The notes beneath the pieces were generated by a model that was not told where the DNA came from, made no database searches, and saw nothing but the letters and a program-made list of their open reading frames with translations. This document shows, piece by piece, positions 19,093 to 31,367 of a DNA stretch of 64,000 bases. The stretch is from an uncultured delta proteobacterium (GTDB taxonomy: Bacteria; Desulfobacterota; Binatia; UBA9968): the NCBI GenBank assembly GCA_963755715.1, contig CAVWLW010000027.1, positions 1 through 64,000 on the forward strand, written 5' to 3'. Position numbers and translations under genes: made by a program. Each line of letters starts with the position of its first letter. The first letter of the stretch is position 1.

Positions 19093-20052
19093 ATGCAAGA
19101 GCGAATTGTCTATCTCAACGGTGCTTTCGTGCCCGAGAGCGAGGCGAAGGTTTCCGTGCTCGATAGCGGCTTCAACGCTGGCGACGGAGTCTATGACGTG
19201 ACCCGCACTTTCCGTCACAAGCCGTTCCGAATGCGCGAGCACACGGAGCGCTTGTTTCGCTCGCTGCGCTACACGCGCATCGACTGCGGCATGTCCGTCG
19301 AAGAAATGGAAAAGACGACCCTGGAAGTTCTCGAGCGCAACCGACCACTCCTCGGTGCAAACGACGACTGCGCGCTTTGGCAAGTCGTCAGCCGCGGCGT
19401 GCGCTCGGCCGTCGGCAATCGGGTGGCCGGCGGCGCTACGGTGACGGTCTATTCCGTGATCGTCAATTTCCCGGAGTTTGCGAGCTTCTACGTCGAGGGC
19501 GCGCCGCTGGTTATCCCATCAACGCGCCGGATCCCACCCGAATGTCTCGAATCCAAAGCCAAGATCACCAACAAAATGAACCACAACATGGCATCATTCG
19601 AAGCCAAGCAGGCAGACCCGCGGGCGATCCCGCTGATGCTCGATATTCACGGCAATTTGAGCGAGACCAGCGCCCATAATTTTTTCCTGGTCATCGACGG
19701 CAAACTCTGCACGCCGTCGGACCGCAACGTGCTCGGCGGTATTACCAAGGCGGCGATATTCGAATTGGCCAAAGAATTGCGCGTCGAGGTCATTGAAGGC
19801 GACTACACGCCGTTCGACCTTTACAATGCCGAAGAGGCGTTTCTGGCGAGCACCAGCCCCACGTTCGTGCCGATCAAGACCGTCAACGGCGCGAAGATCG
19901 GCAATGGCGCCCCCGGACCCGTCACGCTTCGTCTGATCGGCGCATGGAATAAGATGGTGGGCGCGGATATCGTCGACCAGGCGCTGAGCCACCTGGAACA
20001 ATCCGAACGCGAGCGCCTGACGAGTCTGTGGCGCAGTAAGAAGGCTGCGTAA
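19093..20052 (+). CDS. PLP fold type IV aminotransferase (IlvE/D-amino-acid aminotransferase family)
   Basis: AKVSVLDSGFNAGDGVYD, HTERL, KAKITN (PLP Lys), ETSAHNFF, VLGGIT, AEEAFLASTS, GPVT. Confidence 0.9.
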   Translation: MQERIVYLNGAFVPESEAKVSVLDSGFNAGDGVYDVTRTFRHKPFRMREHTERLFRSLRYTRIDCGMSVEEMEKTTLEVLERNRPLLGANDDCALWQVVSRGVRSAVGNRVAGGATVTVYSVIVNFPEFASFYVEGAPLVIPSTRRIPPECLESKAKITNKMNHNMASFEAKQADPRAIPLMLDIHGNLSETSAHNFFLVIDGKLCTPSDRNVLGGITKAAIFELAKELRVEVIEGDYTPFDLYNAEEAFLASTSPTFVPIKTVNGAKIGNGAPGPVTLRLIGAWNKMVGADIVDQALSHLEQSERERLTSLWRSKKAA

Positions 20053-20222
20053 GCCGAACGCCCCCGGCTCAAAGCGCTCCGGAAAAATCCAAGTCGAAGA
20101 TAATAAGTCTGAGTTTCGATTTGCCGCTGCGCGTGAATTCTTTCGCACAGCGTTAGAGCGCGCCGCGATTATTCAGCAGCGAAAATAGATCAACGACACT
20201 TTTCTATTCCAGGAAGTCCAAG

Positions 20223-21245
20223 GTGAAAAAAATCAAAGTTATTTTCTATGGTGTTGGAGCCATCGGCAGCGAAGTGGCGAAATTCGGCTTAACCCGGCCG
20301 TGGCTCGAGGTCGTCGGCGCCGTGGATTCCGATCCGGCGAAAATCGGCCGCGATCTCGGCGCGGTCCTCGGCCTTGAAAAAAATCTCGGCGTCGAAGTGA
20401 GCAGCGACCCTACCGCGCTTTTTAAACGCGTTCAGGCCGACGTCGTCGTGCTCACGACCGGCTCGTTTCTGCCGGCGATCTACGATCAGCTCGAAAGCGC
20501 GGCGCAGGCCGGTCTCAACGTCGTTACCTCCGCCGAGGAGCTCGCTTTTCCGACGCTGCAAAGCGCCGCTTTGGCTGAAAAGCTCGATCGTCTGGCCAAG
20601 GAAAAAGACGTTACGATCAAGGGAACCGGCGTCAATCCGGGCTTTGTCATGGACAGTCTGATCGTTTATTTGGCGACTGCCACTGCCGATGTCGAGCATG
20701 TCTGGGCGAAAAGAATCGTCAATTGCTCGCTCAGGCGCAAACAGCTCCAGCTCAAAGTTGGCGCAGGTCTGAGCGCCGATCAATTCAAAGCCAATCTCGG
20801 CACGAAAATTTTCGGCCATATCGGTCTAATGGAGTCGGCGGCGCTGGTGGCGGACGGCGTCGGCATGACTCCTGACCGGATCACTCAATCCGTCGAGCCG
20901 GTGATCGCGGAGCAGCGTGTGGAATCGGACTACGTCAAGGTCGCACCAGGCGAAGTCGCCGGCATGCGGCAGGTCGCGCGCTGTTTCAGCGCCGGCAGGG
21001 AATGCGTCGGCCTCGAAGTGTTGTTTTACGTCGGCGCGCCGGAGCCAAAGGACCAGATTTTGATCAAAGGACTGACCGATATCGATGTCACCATCAAAGA
21101 TGGTATCGCCGGCGACCAAGCCACCGTCGCCATCCTGATCAATGCGATCGCGCCGACACTCGCGGCCAAGCCCGGTCTGCTCACGCCGACCGGAAAAAGC
21201 ATTGCCGAGATTTCTTGGCGCTGCGCCGTGGATTTAGGTTATTGA
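20223..21245 (+). CDS. NAD(P)-dependent amine dehydrogenase (2,4-diaminopentanoate dehydrogenase/DapB-like family)
   Basis: YGVGAIG Rossmann; EELAFP; GTGVNPGFVMD; GHIGLMES; GIAGDQAT. Confidence 0.8.
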   Translation: MKKIKVIFYGVGAIGSEVAKFGLTRPWLEVVGAVDSDPAKIGRDLGAVLGLEKNLGVEVSSDPTALFKRVQADVVVLTTGSFLPAIYDQLESAAQAGLNVVTSAEELAFPTLQSAALAEKLDRLAKEKDVTIKGTGVNPGFVMDSLIVYLATATADVEHVWAKRIVNCSLRRKQLQLKVGAGLSADQFKANLGTKIFGHIGLMESAALVADGVGMTPDRITQSVEPVIAEQRVESDYVKVAPGEVAGMRQVARCFSAGRECVGLEVLFYVGAPEPKDQILIKGLTDIDVTIKDGIAGDQATVAILINAIAPTLAAKPGLLTPTGKSIAEISWRCAVDLGY

Positions 21246-21261
21246 GGCCGCAACGAGATTT

Positions 21262-22359
21262 TCAACAATGCTTAAAAATACCGCAGTAGAGCTTCTGAAA
21301 TTCCTCATAGCGGGGTCCGACCTTGGTCGGCTCCACGACTAGGTATTGCTCTGCATTGAGCTCGGGGAAAATATCCTTGTAACCGGTGCGCGGCACTCCC
21401 CGTCCCAGCTCTTCGGCAAGCACTTTCATGATGCCGTCGCGCGACAGCGCCCAATCGAGAAACAGCGCCGCGCTATGCGGATGCGTCGCATTCTTCGCCA
21501 GCAGCAAGTACGTCGGCACGGACAAAACCGGTTGCAGCAGAGCAATATCGACCGGCGCGCCTTCCCGCTTCATCTGCAGCGGACGATAGCCGTAGAGCCA
21601 CGGCGCGATGTGCACCTCGCCGGCGCCGAGAATCTGCGCCTGCAGCGTCTTGCCGCGGCGCATCGAAGGATCGTTGTCCGCCAGCCGGCGAAAATAGCTC
21701 AAGGTCTTTTCCCGTCCCCAGTACTCGAACAGCGTGCCGAACAGATGGAAGTCGGTTTGGTCCAACGACATGCGTCCCTTCCATTTTGGGTCGAGCAGAT
21801 CGTCGTAGCTTTTCGGCGCCTCATCTTTTTTCACTTTTTCGGTGTTGAAGCCCAAAACCACTGCGAGATGGTAAAAAGTCGTCCAATAACCTTGCTTGTC
21901 CATAAACTCCGGCGCGATGCCCTTTCGGCTCGGCGAGAGATAGGGGTCGATCAAGCCGGCTTTGGTGATGCCATAGACTTCACCCGGTTCGAGATCGAGA
22001 ACATCGACTTCGTATCTCTTGGCGCGCGCCTCGGTGGCGATTTTGTTATAGACATTGACAGAGCCGCTCCGATAGTCCGCCACTTCGATGAACGGATATT
22101 TTTTCTTGAACTCGGTAAAGACCCGCTGGATGTGATCGACGGCGGTGGTGCCGTAATAAATCATTTTCCCTTCGCGCTTGGCTCCCTCGACGATCTTGCT
22201 TTCTCGCTCCTTCTCGGGAAGACGGCTATAATCCGCCAGAGTCTCACCGGCACTCTTGGCGTAAGTCGGGGACGCAAATGATAGGAAGCTTGCCGCGAGC
22301 AGGAGCAACAAGGAAAACCGCAGTGAGTTGCCAATTTTCGAATAGTCTCGATCTGCCAT
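21262..22359 (-). CDS. ABC Fe3+/AfuA-like substrate-binding protein
   Basis: Signal peptide; GAKREGKMIYYG; FNTEKVKKDEAPKSYDDLLDPKWKG; ATHPHSAALFLDWALS. Confidence 0.88.
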   Translation of the reverse strand: MADRDYSKIGNSLRFSLLLLLAASFLSFASPTYAKSAGETLADYSRLPEKERESKIVEGAKREGKMIYYGTTAVDHIQRVFTEFKKKYPFIEVADYRSGSVNVYNKIATEARAKRYEVDVLDLEPGEVYGITKAGLIDPYLSPSRKGIAPEFMDKQGYWTTFYHLAVVLGFNTEKVKKDEAPKSYDDLLDPKWKGRMSLDQTDFHLFGTLFEYWGREKTLSYFRRLADNDPSMRRGKTLQAQILGAGEVHIAPWLYGYRPLQMKREGAPVDIALLQPVLSVPTYLLLAKNATHPHSAALFLDWALSRDGIMKVLAEELGRGVPRTGYKDIFPELNAEQYLVVEPTKVGPRYEEFQKLYCGIFKHC

Positions 22360-22519
22360 AGATGACTCCTTCGAGATCTATAATTCCAGCGAAACAGCCG
22401 CTCGTTCAGGAAGCCAGCAATAACGCGGCGTGAATTTCCCTGTCAAGACAAAAGAGGGCGCCGCGCAAGATTACGCTGCGCGCACCAGTCTTTCCGGCGC
22501 GGCGTTTCACCGTTAGGTA

Positions 22520-22549
22520 TTGCCATCATGAGGCGAGTTGGGCTAAGAC
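22520..22549 (+). promoter_or_regulatory. Putative promoter TTGCCA-N18-TAAGAC, copy 2
   Basis: TTGCCATCATGAGGCGAGTTGGGCTAAGAC, 45 bp upstream of the FAD-subunit ATG. Confidence 0.6.
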
Positions 22550-22593
22550 GGAAGCGAATCCCGACACAATTAACAGATCGAGAGGCAACGATT

Positions 22594-23463
22594 ATGGAAT
22601 ATTTCGAACCAAAATCGATAAGCGAAGCGTTGTCCGTGCTCGCGAAGCACGGCGCCGAAGCCAAAGTCATCGCCGGCGGCACGGACGTGATGGTGGACAT
22701 TAAATTCAAAGAAGAGCCGGGCTCCCTGGTAAATATCAAGAAGCTCCCCGGCCTGAGCGGCATCAAAGAGAACGGCGGCAGCCTGCGCATCGGCGCCCTG
22801 GCGACGATCCGCGATCTCGAGACCAACGCCCTGGTGCGCGAAAAACTGCCGGTGCTTTGGGAAGCGGCGCATCAGTTCGCATCATTGCAAGTGCGCAACA
22901 CGGCGACCATCGGCGGCAACATCTGCCGCGCTTCGCCTTCCGGCGAAACGCTGGCGCCGCTGCTGGTACTGGAAGCAACCGGCAAGTGCGCTTTCTCGGA
23001 CGGCGAAAAGAGCCAGCCGTTCACGTCGTTTTTTCAGGGCCCGGGAAAATCCGTTCTCGGCGCGAAAGGTCTTCTGACTGAAATCGACGTTCCCTATCCA
23101 GCCGCGGGCAGCAAAAGCGTTTACTTAAAGCACGCCGTGCGCGGCGCCATGGATATCGCTATGGTCGGCGTCGCGGTGTTGATCACACCGGACGCCGGGA
23201 AGAATAACATGCAAGATGTCCGCATCGGTCTTGGCGCGGTGGCGCCGACGCCGATCCGCGCTCCGAAAACCGAAGCCTTGCTGCGCGGCAAACCGCTAAC
23301 GGCGGCGCTGCTGAAAGAAGCCGCGGCATTGGCAGCATCGGAATCGAGCCCGATCAGCGATCAGCGCAGCAGCGGAGAGTATCGCCGCTGGATCGTCGAA
23401 GCATTGACCCGCCGCGGTCTGGAACAAACTTGGAAAGCCGCCACCGGCAAGGAGGTAGCATAA
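22594..23463 (+). CDS. Xanthine dehydrogenase family FAD-binding subunit (CoxM/XdhB-like)
   Basis: MEYFEPKS; IAGGTDV; QVRNTATIGGNICRASPSGE; PISDQRSSGEYRR. Confidence 0.92.
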   Translation: MEYFEPKSISEALSVLAKHGAEAKVIAGGTDVMVDIKFKEEPGSLVNIKKLPGLSGIKENGGSLRIGALATIRDLETNALVREKLPVLWEAAHQFASLQVRNTATIGGNICRASPSGETLAPLLVLEATGKCAFSDGEKSQPFTSFFQGPGKSVLGAKGLLTEIDVPYPAAGSKSVYLKHAVRGAMDIAMVGVAVLITPDAGKNNMQDVRIGLGAVAPTPIRAPKTEALLRGKPLTAALLKEAAALAASESSPISDQRSSGEYRRWIVEALTRRGLEQTWKAATGKEVA

Positions 23464-23940
23464 TGAGTTTCACGATAAACACGAAGATCAACGGCAAATC
23501 CGATCAGCGCGAGCGCGGAAGCGTCTACGTCGCTCTTGGAATTTCTCCGCGACACCTTGGAAATGAAAGGCAGCAAGCTTTGCTGCAACACCGGTGAGTG
23601 CGGCGCCTGCACGATCATTTACAACGGCATGCCGATCAACTCCTGCGTGACCATGGCCGCCGACGCCATCGGCGCGGAGATCACGACGATCGAAGGCTTG
23701 GCCGACGGCGATAAGCTGCATCCCGTGCAGCAAGCGTTCATCGACACCGGCGCGGTGCAGTGCGGCTATTGCACGCCGGGCTACATCATTTCCGTCAAAG
23801 CGCTGCTCGACCGCACCACCAAGCCGACGGCGGAAGACATCGAAGAAGCGGTCTCCGGCAACATTTGCCGCTGCACCGGTTACAACAAGATCGTCGACGC
23901 GATCCATCTCGCCGCCGATCGCATCGCAGGGAGGGCATGA
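23463..23940 (+). CDS. Xanthine dehydrogenase family 2x[2Fe-2S] subunit (CoxS/XdhC-like), frameshift near 23500
   Basis: ATG at 23463 MSFTINTKINGK; then LLEFLRD...CNTGECGACT...NSC...QCGYCTPG...GNICRCTGY. Confidence 0.92.
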
Positions 23941-23943
23941 GTC

Positions 23944-26233
23944 ATGGCCAAAGCTGAACTCAAAATCATCGGTTCGAGCCCGGCGCGCATGGGCGGCGTC
24001 GAGCGCGTCATCGGCAAGGGCGTTTACGGCATCGACTTGATGCTCAAAGACCAATTGCACGGCGCGATCCTGCGCAGCCAGTACGCCCACGCGAAGATCG
24101 TCAGCATCGACACCAGCGAAGCAAAGAAAATTCCCGGCGTCCATGCCGTGGTGACCGCCGCCGATGCTCCGAACGTGCGTTACGGCCGCAGCTATATCGA
24201 CCGCCATATTCTCGCGCGCGGCAAAGTCCGCTTCATGGGCGACCCGGTCGCCGCCGTCGCCGCGGAATCGCTGGCCATCGCCAAGCAGGCGCTCAAAAAA
24301 ATCAAAGTCGTCTACGAACCGCTGCCGGTGGCGCTCGATCCCGAAGAAGCGACCAAGCCGGATGCGCCGACCTTGCACGAAGACATGCCGCTGCCGAAAA
24401 CTATTCCCGCGGACGCTGGGCTTAAAAATATTTGCGGCCACGCCGTCGTTCATGTCGGCGATGCCGAAAAAGCGATGGCCGAAGCGGATATCGTCGTCGA
24501 CGAAGTTTACGAAACCAAGATGATCCACCCGCAGTATCTCGAGCCGCGCATGGCCGCGGCGCAGATGGAGCCCAACGGACGTCTCACCGTTTGGGCCAAC
24601 GCCCAGGCGCCCTTCCCGGTGCGCCAGGAAGTAGCCAAGACGCTCGGCCTGCCGCTCAACAACGTGCGCGTGATCTCCGCCGGCCTGGGCGGCGGCTTCG
24701 GCGGCAAGGGCAGCGGTATCACCTCCGGCGCCGCCGTCGAGCCGATCTGCGGCCTGTTGGCGATCAAGGCCAAGCGGCCGGTGATGATCGTCCTCGACAA
24801 GGCAGAAGAAACCATCTCGACCACGATCCGTGCCGGCGCAAAAATGTATATCAAGACCGGCGTGAAAAAAGACGGCACCATCGTCGCCCGCACCGGCAAA
24901 GTATTTTACGACGCCGGCGGCTACTCGGGCTTCGGCGTGCAGGCCGGCGGCCGCTGCACCAACATGCTCGGCGGCTGGTATTTGATGCCCAACTGCCACA
25001 TCGAGGGCTACACGCGTTTACACCAACAAACAGGTCTGCGGCCCGGTGCGCGGCCCCGGCGGCCCGCAGGCGGCATTTGCCGTCGAGTCGCACATGGACT
25101 CCATCGCCGCCAAGCTCGGCATGGATCCGACGGAATTCCGCCTTAAGAACATGCCTAAAGCGGGCGACAAGATCGTCGGCGTCCCCAAGCTGCGCGATGT
25201 TTCGCTCGGCGAAACGATCAAGATCGCCAAGGAGAAGATCGGCTGGGGCAAAGTGAAGCTGGAAAAAAACCAGGGCATCGGCATCGCCACCGGTTCATGG
25301 ATCGAGAGCGCCGGTCCCGGCGGCGGCTCGATAGTCAAAGTGAATGAAGACGGCTCGGTGACAGTGCACATCGGCAAGATCGACATGGGCACCATCCCCG
25401 GTTTCGGTATTCCAATGATTGTCGCCGAAGAGCTTGGCATACCCGTGAGCGATGTCACCGTGGTCAATGTCGACACGGACGCCAGCCCGTGGGACGCAGG
25501 CACGGTCGGCAGCCGGGGCATCCTGGTTTCCGGCGGCGCGACGCGGCTCGCAGCCATCGACGCGCGCAATCAGATTTTCAAAATGGCCGCGCGCAAACTG
25601 GAAGCGAGCCCTGAGGATCTCGAGATCGTCGACAAGCAGATCCGCGTCAAAGGCACGCCGGCGAAGGCGGTCGCGCTCGCCACCGTCGCCACCGACGCGC
25701 ACAACGTCATCGGCGAAGTCATCGGCCGCGGTTACTGCGACAATCTGGAATTGATGGCTGAAGAAAAAGCGCACGGCAGCTCGCAGCCGTTTACTACCCA
25801 TGCCTGCATCGTCGAGGTGAGTCCGGACACCGGCAACGTGAAGATCCTGAAATACGTCGCCGTCCACGACATCGGCCAGCCGATCCACCGAGCCGCCGCC
25901 GAAGGCCAGATCGAAGGCGCCGCCGCCATGAGCATCGGCCAGGCGCTCTGCGAGCAAGTCGTCTTCGACAAAGACGGCCGGACGATGAATCCATCGTTCG
26001 TCGACTATCTAATGCCGACCATCAACATGATGCCGCGCATCGAAACAACGCTTGTCTCCGGCTATCCCGGCTCCGGCCCCTACGGCGCCAAAGGCGCCGG
26101 TGAAATCGCCTGCGTCCCGCCCATGGCCGCCATCGCCAACGCCATCTTCAACGCCACCGGCGCGCGCATCAATAAACTGCCGTTGAGCCCGGAGAATGTG
26201 TTGCGCGGGTTGAAGGAGGCGGGGAAGGCGTAA
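23944..26233 (+). CDS. Xanthine dehydrogenase family molybdopterin-binding subunit, frameshift near 25012
   Basis: ORFs 23944..25146 and 25046..26233; GGGFGGK, YTNKQVCGPVRGPGGPQAAFAVES, GTVGSR, GQIEG, GAKGAGE. Confidence 0.92.
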
Positions 26234-26265
26234 ACCGATGCTCGCGAGGAATAAGGCGCATCTGT

Positions 26266-26296
26266 AAGGGCGACCATGCGGTCGCCCTTTCTTTCT
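26266..26296 (+). terminator. Hairpin terminator or REP-like remnant after the molybdoenzyme operon
   Basis: AAGGGCGACC-ATGC-GGTCGCCCTT followed by TCTTTC. Confidence 0.55.
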
Positions 26297-26338
26297 CGGG
26301 GTTTCGATTTCAGACTTCGTCCGTGTATAATCTCTGAC

Positions 26339-27008
26339 ATGGGCACCTCAGGACAATCCGTCACGAAGCTTAGTCGAAGGTCTGCCTCCGGAGATTGCTA
26401 AGCGAATCCATCCGAACTGGCAGAAGAACGAAGCGGAATATTGGGCACAGCGTGGCACACTGCTCCGACAATATGCCGATCAATGGATTGGCTTTGCCGA
26501 AGGGCGCGTCATCGTATCCGGCACGAGCCCGGTCGAAGTCTTTCATGCTGCCCAAGCATCCGGTAAACATCCTTTCGTCACACGCGTGGGCCACGAAAAT
26601 GAACCCAACCGGATGCGCCGCGCTTCCTTTCCCTATGATCCTTCGTACTCGAACGAACCTCTGCCGGTGCTAACTGCAGAATTCCGTAAGCAGACCGGAA
26701 TCCCTGGCTTGGTCTTGGACCGAGTAATTCCCGATACGGGAGCAGATGCAAGCGCGATACCATGGTCGGATTGCGAGCAGCTTGCTCTCGACCCGGCAGA
26801 AGGGACACCGGGATTGATGGGTGGCGTAGGAGACACTTCAGTCCCGACGATTATTTTTCAGACTTGGGTTTATCTTGATGGAAAGGACTACCCTTGCCGG
26901 CTTCAGGCAGACTTTACTGGACACGAACGGATTGTCGGCCGCGATGTGCTAAATGCATTGGACATTTTATTTCGTGGCCCAGCACGGGAAGTGGTGATCA
27001 ATCCCTGA
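26339..27008 (+). CDS. DUF5678-like small domain fused to a retropepsin-like aspartic protease (1-nt frameshift immediately after ATG)
   Basis: The frame of ORF 26586..27008 is open from 26340: APQDNPSRSLVEGLPPEIAKRIHPNWQKNEAEYWAQRGTLLRQYADQWIGFAEGRVIVSG...PFVTRVG, then VIPDTGADASAIP and IVGRDVLN (retropepsin DTG and GRD motifs). TATAAT sits 7 nt before the ATG. Confidence 0.75.
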
Positions 27009-27261
27009 TGAGCCGAAATACTGGTAAGATCCTGCCTTCAGTTACAAAAGCAAAATAATCAGCGGCTATCTTATCGAGGTAAAGTTCAACGACGGGACGA
27101 AAAAGGTTATCGACTTTGAACCGTGGCTCACCGGCCCAATTTTCAGACCTCTGAAGAGTAAACATTACTTTAAGACATTTTTTATCGATGGTCCGACCAT
27201 CGCATGGCCTAACCGTGCTGATATTGCCCCGGAAACATTATATGAATTCATCGTCAGATAA
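27008..27261 (+). CDS. DUF2442-like protein (antitoxin-associated family), frameshift near 27055
   Basis: Read manually: MSRNTGKILPSVTKAK / ISGYLIEVKFNDGTKKVIDFEPWLTGPIFRPLKSKHYFKTFFIDGPTIAWPNRADIAPETLY; TGATG coupling to the protease gene. Confidence 0.75.
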
Positions 27262-27613
27262 ACTAGATTCGGACTCGATACTGGGTCGGTGTGCTGAGGT
27301 GGATTGGAATGTCTTGGCGTTCGCGATCGCGAACCACCCGGAAAGCTATCTCGCCTACTTTCGTGGCCATCGGACGCCGAATCAATATCTCGAGCTCGCC
27401 GATGGGTATCGCTACTGGCGGACGAGTCTTCATGGAACACACATGCTCAATCGATGCACCCCGGACTCGTGCGAGCCGCCGAGACGAGTCGACCAGGGAG
27501 CAAGGCCGCAGACTGACTGGCAAGGACCACCGTGGTGGCCGAAGGATCTGCCCTGGTCGGAGGAATATCAGCGGAAGTTAAAAGCCGAAGCAAACAAATT
27601 GCGCTCACGATGA
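27242..27613 (+). CDS. Hypothetical protein (possibly 5'-truncated)
   Basis: Part of ORF 27188..27613; protein-like segment YLAYFRGHRTPNQYLELADGYRYWRT...MLNRC; start uncertain. Confidence 0.4.
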   Translation: MNSSSDKLDSDSILGRCAEVDWNVLAFAIANHPESYLAYFRGHRTPNQYLELADGYRYWRTSLHGTHMLNRCTPDSCEPPRRVDQGARPQTDWQGPPWWPKDLPWSEEYQRKLKAEANKLRSR

Positions 27614-27892
27614 TTATGAAGATTTCCACATATCGGACCTGCATTGGTCCAACGACCGTATCGGAAAGCGGCAGCGGGCCAATAGTGGGATAGGCCACCA
27701 AATTGGCAGTGTTTGGCGGCCAAGATGCGGTTGGCAAATTTCTCCTAGAATCTAGAATATGGACATTGAAAGCCATTTGATTTCGCAGGACTGTTAGGTT
27801 GAACGGGATAGGAGGCCCGGCGATGACAGTGCATAAACAGCTCATTTAATAGTTCGGTGAAAAAAAGCCTATAACCACCCAGAGTTGCCCCA

Positions 27893-30274
<2,382 letters not shown>

Positions 30275-30345
30275 CGAGCGGTGTGGACGTGCGCTAAGAA
30301 TTGACTGTCTATGCGATTATTCATGGTTCGATACAACACGTGACC

Positions 30346-30474
30346 CTAAAACTTCGTGATTGAACCGGAAGCGCTATCTCCGCGGATCGTTATTTTCCCC
30401 GAGACCTTATAGACCGAATCGATAAACCCGCTCTTATCGAGTTCGGCCACCAAACTCGAATCGACAACGTCCAT
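30346..30474 (-). pseudogene. C-terminal remnant of a NitT/TauT-type SBP gene
   Basis: Translates DVVDSSLVAELDKSGFIDSVYK, matching the tails ELDRSGFIDRLYK (33010), ELDRSGFIDGLYR (34387) and ELDDSGYIDRLYQ (41903). Confidence 0.65.
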
Positions 30475-30539
30475 GTCCTACGATTTCTACACGAAATAGC
30501 AGGTCGGCGCGCCGCCGATACCCGATCAGACTTCATCCT

Positions 30540-30933
30540 CAGAGAACCCACAGCCAATTCCTACTCTCAAGAGCATATCAGCGAAGACTTCATTCAAGAG
30601 ATGCTGAGAATCAGTAGGCTTCCAAGAACATCGAGGCGCGAAAGAAAATGGAGACCTTTCTCGAGAGCGGTCTTTCTGCCGAGCATGCGCAAGAAACAAT
30701 ATGAGACGCTGAAACTCATCGAGGCAAGCGGCTTGAAAGCGCTGACGTTGATTATTTGGGGTGTCAACGATCAATCCTCTCCCATGAAGCTCGGCATCGA
30801 CTTACTTCAGGTCATCGGCTCGGTGGTACCAAGAACCGAATTTCACGCCTTTAACCATGCGGGCCATTATGTATTCAGAGAACATGCCCAACAGGTGAAT
30901 CAGCTTATTACTAATTTCGTGAAAAGCTTATGA
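30540..30933 (+). pseudogene. C-terminal fragment of an alpha/beta hydrolase
   Basis: TLIIWGVNDQSSP...FNHAGHYVFREHAQQVNQLITNF (acid and His region); no GxSxG-containing N-terminal half. Confidence 0.65.
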
Positions 30934-31023
30934 GTTTGAGGGGGGAGGGAAAGTAGTGGCCTGGCTGACTCGCCTTAACTCTAGCGTAACGTCGACGTTT
31001 GCTTCTTTTTCCGAAACGCTTGC

Positions 31024-31068
31024 TTGACAAAGATCCGGTAGCCCCTTATTGTAGTTACATCACTACAA
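31024..31068 (+). promoter_or_regulatory. Sigma70 promoter and operator of the vapBC locus
   Basis: TTGACA-17-TATTGT; inverted repeat TTGTAGT-TACATC-ACTACAA (31049-31068) overlaps the -10. Confidence 0.75.
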
Positions 31069-31082
31069 ACCAGAGTATTCCT

Positions 31083-31367
31083 ATGCGCATGGGCTTGAGA
31101 GAAGCGAATCAGAGTTTTTCCAAAGCGATCAAGGCGGTGAAAGCCGGCAAGGACGTGATCTTGACCGAGCGCGGCAAGCCGATCGCTGTCATCAAACCCC
31201 TGGAGCAAGAGAAAAGCGTAGACGCCGCGATTCGCCGTTTGGAAGCCGAAGGGATTTTACGCCGCGGCCCAAAAAGCGGAAAGCCGATGCCGGTGTGGCG
31301 CTCGCCGGTGCGCATCAAAGGCAAGCCGATAGCGGACACGATCGGCGAAGAACGTGAGGAGCGGTGA
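31083..31367 (+). CDS. vapB: Phd/YefM-family antitoxin
   Basis: MRMGLREANQSFSKAIKAVKAGKDVILTERGKPIAVIKP. Confidence 0.88.
   Translation: MRMGLREANQSFSKAIKAVKAGKDVILTERGKPIAVIKPLEQEKSVDAAIRRLEAEGILRRGPKSGKPMPVWRSPVRIKGKPIADTIGEEREER

Noticed and set aside
23488-24999. Long antisense ORFs (503 aa here; also 12494..13624, 13726..14754, 21346..22281, 59711..60634 and others)
   Set aside because: These are shadows of well-supported genes on the opposite strand, expected with GC-rich codon usage, and they carry no recognisable motifs.
22594-26233. Aerobic CO dehydrogenase (coxMSL)
   Set aside because: Gene order fits, but the large subunit lacks AYxCSFR and no coxDEFG accessory genes are present.
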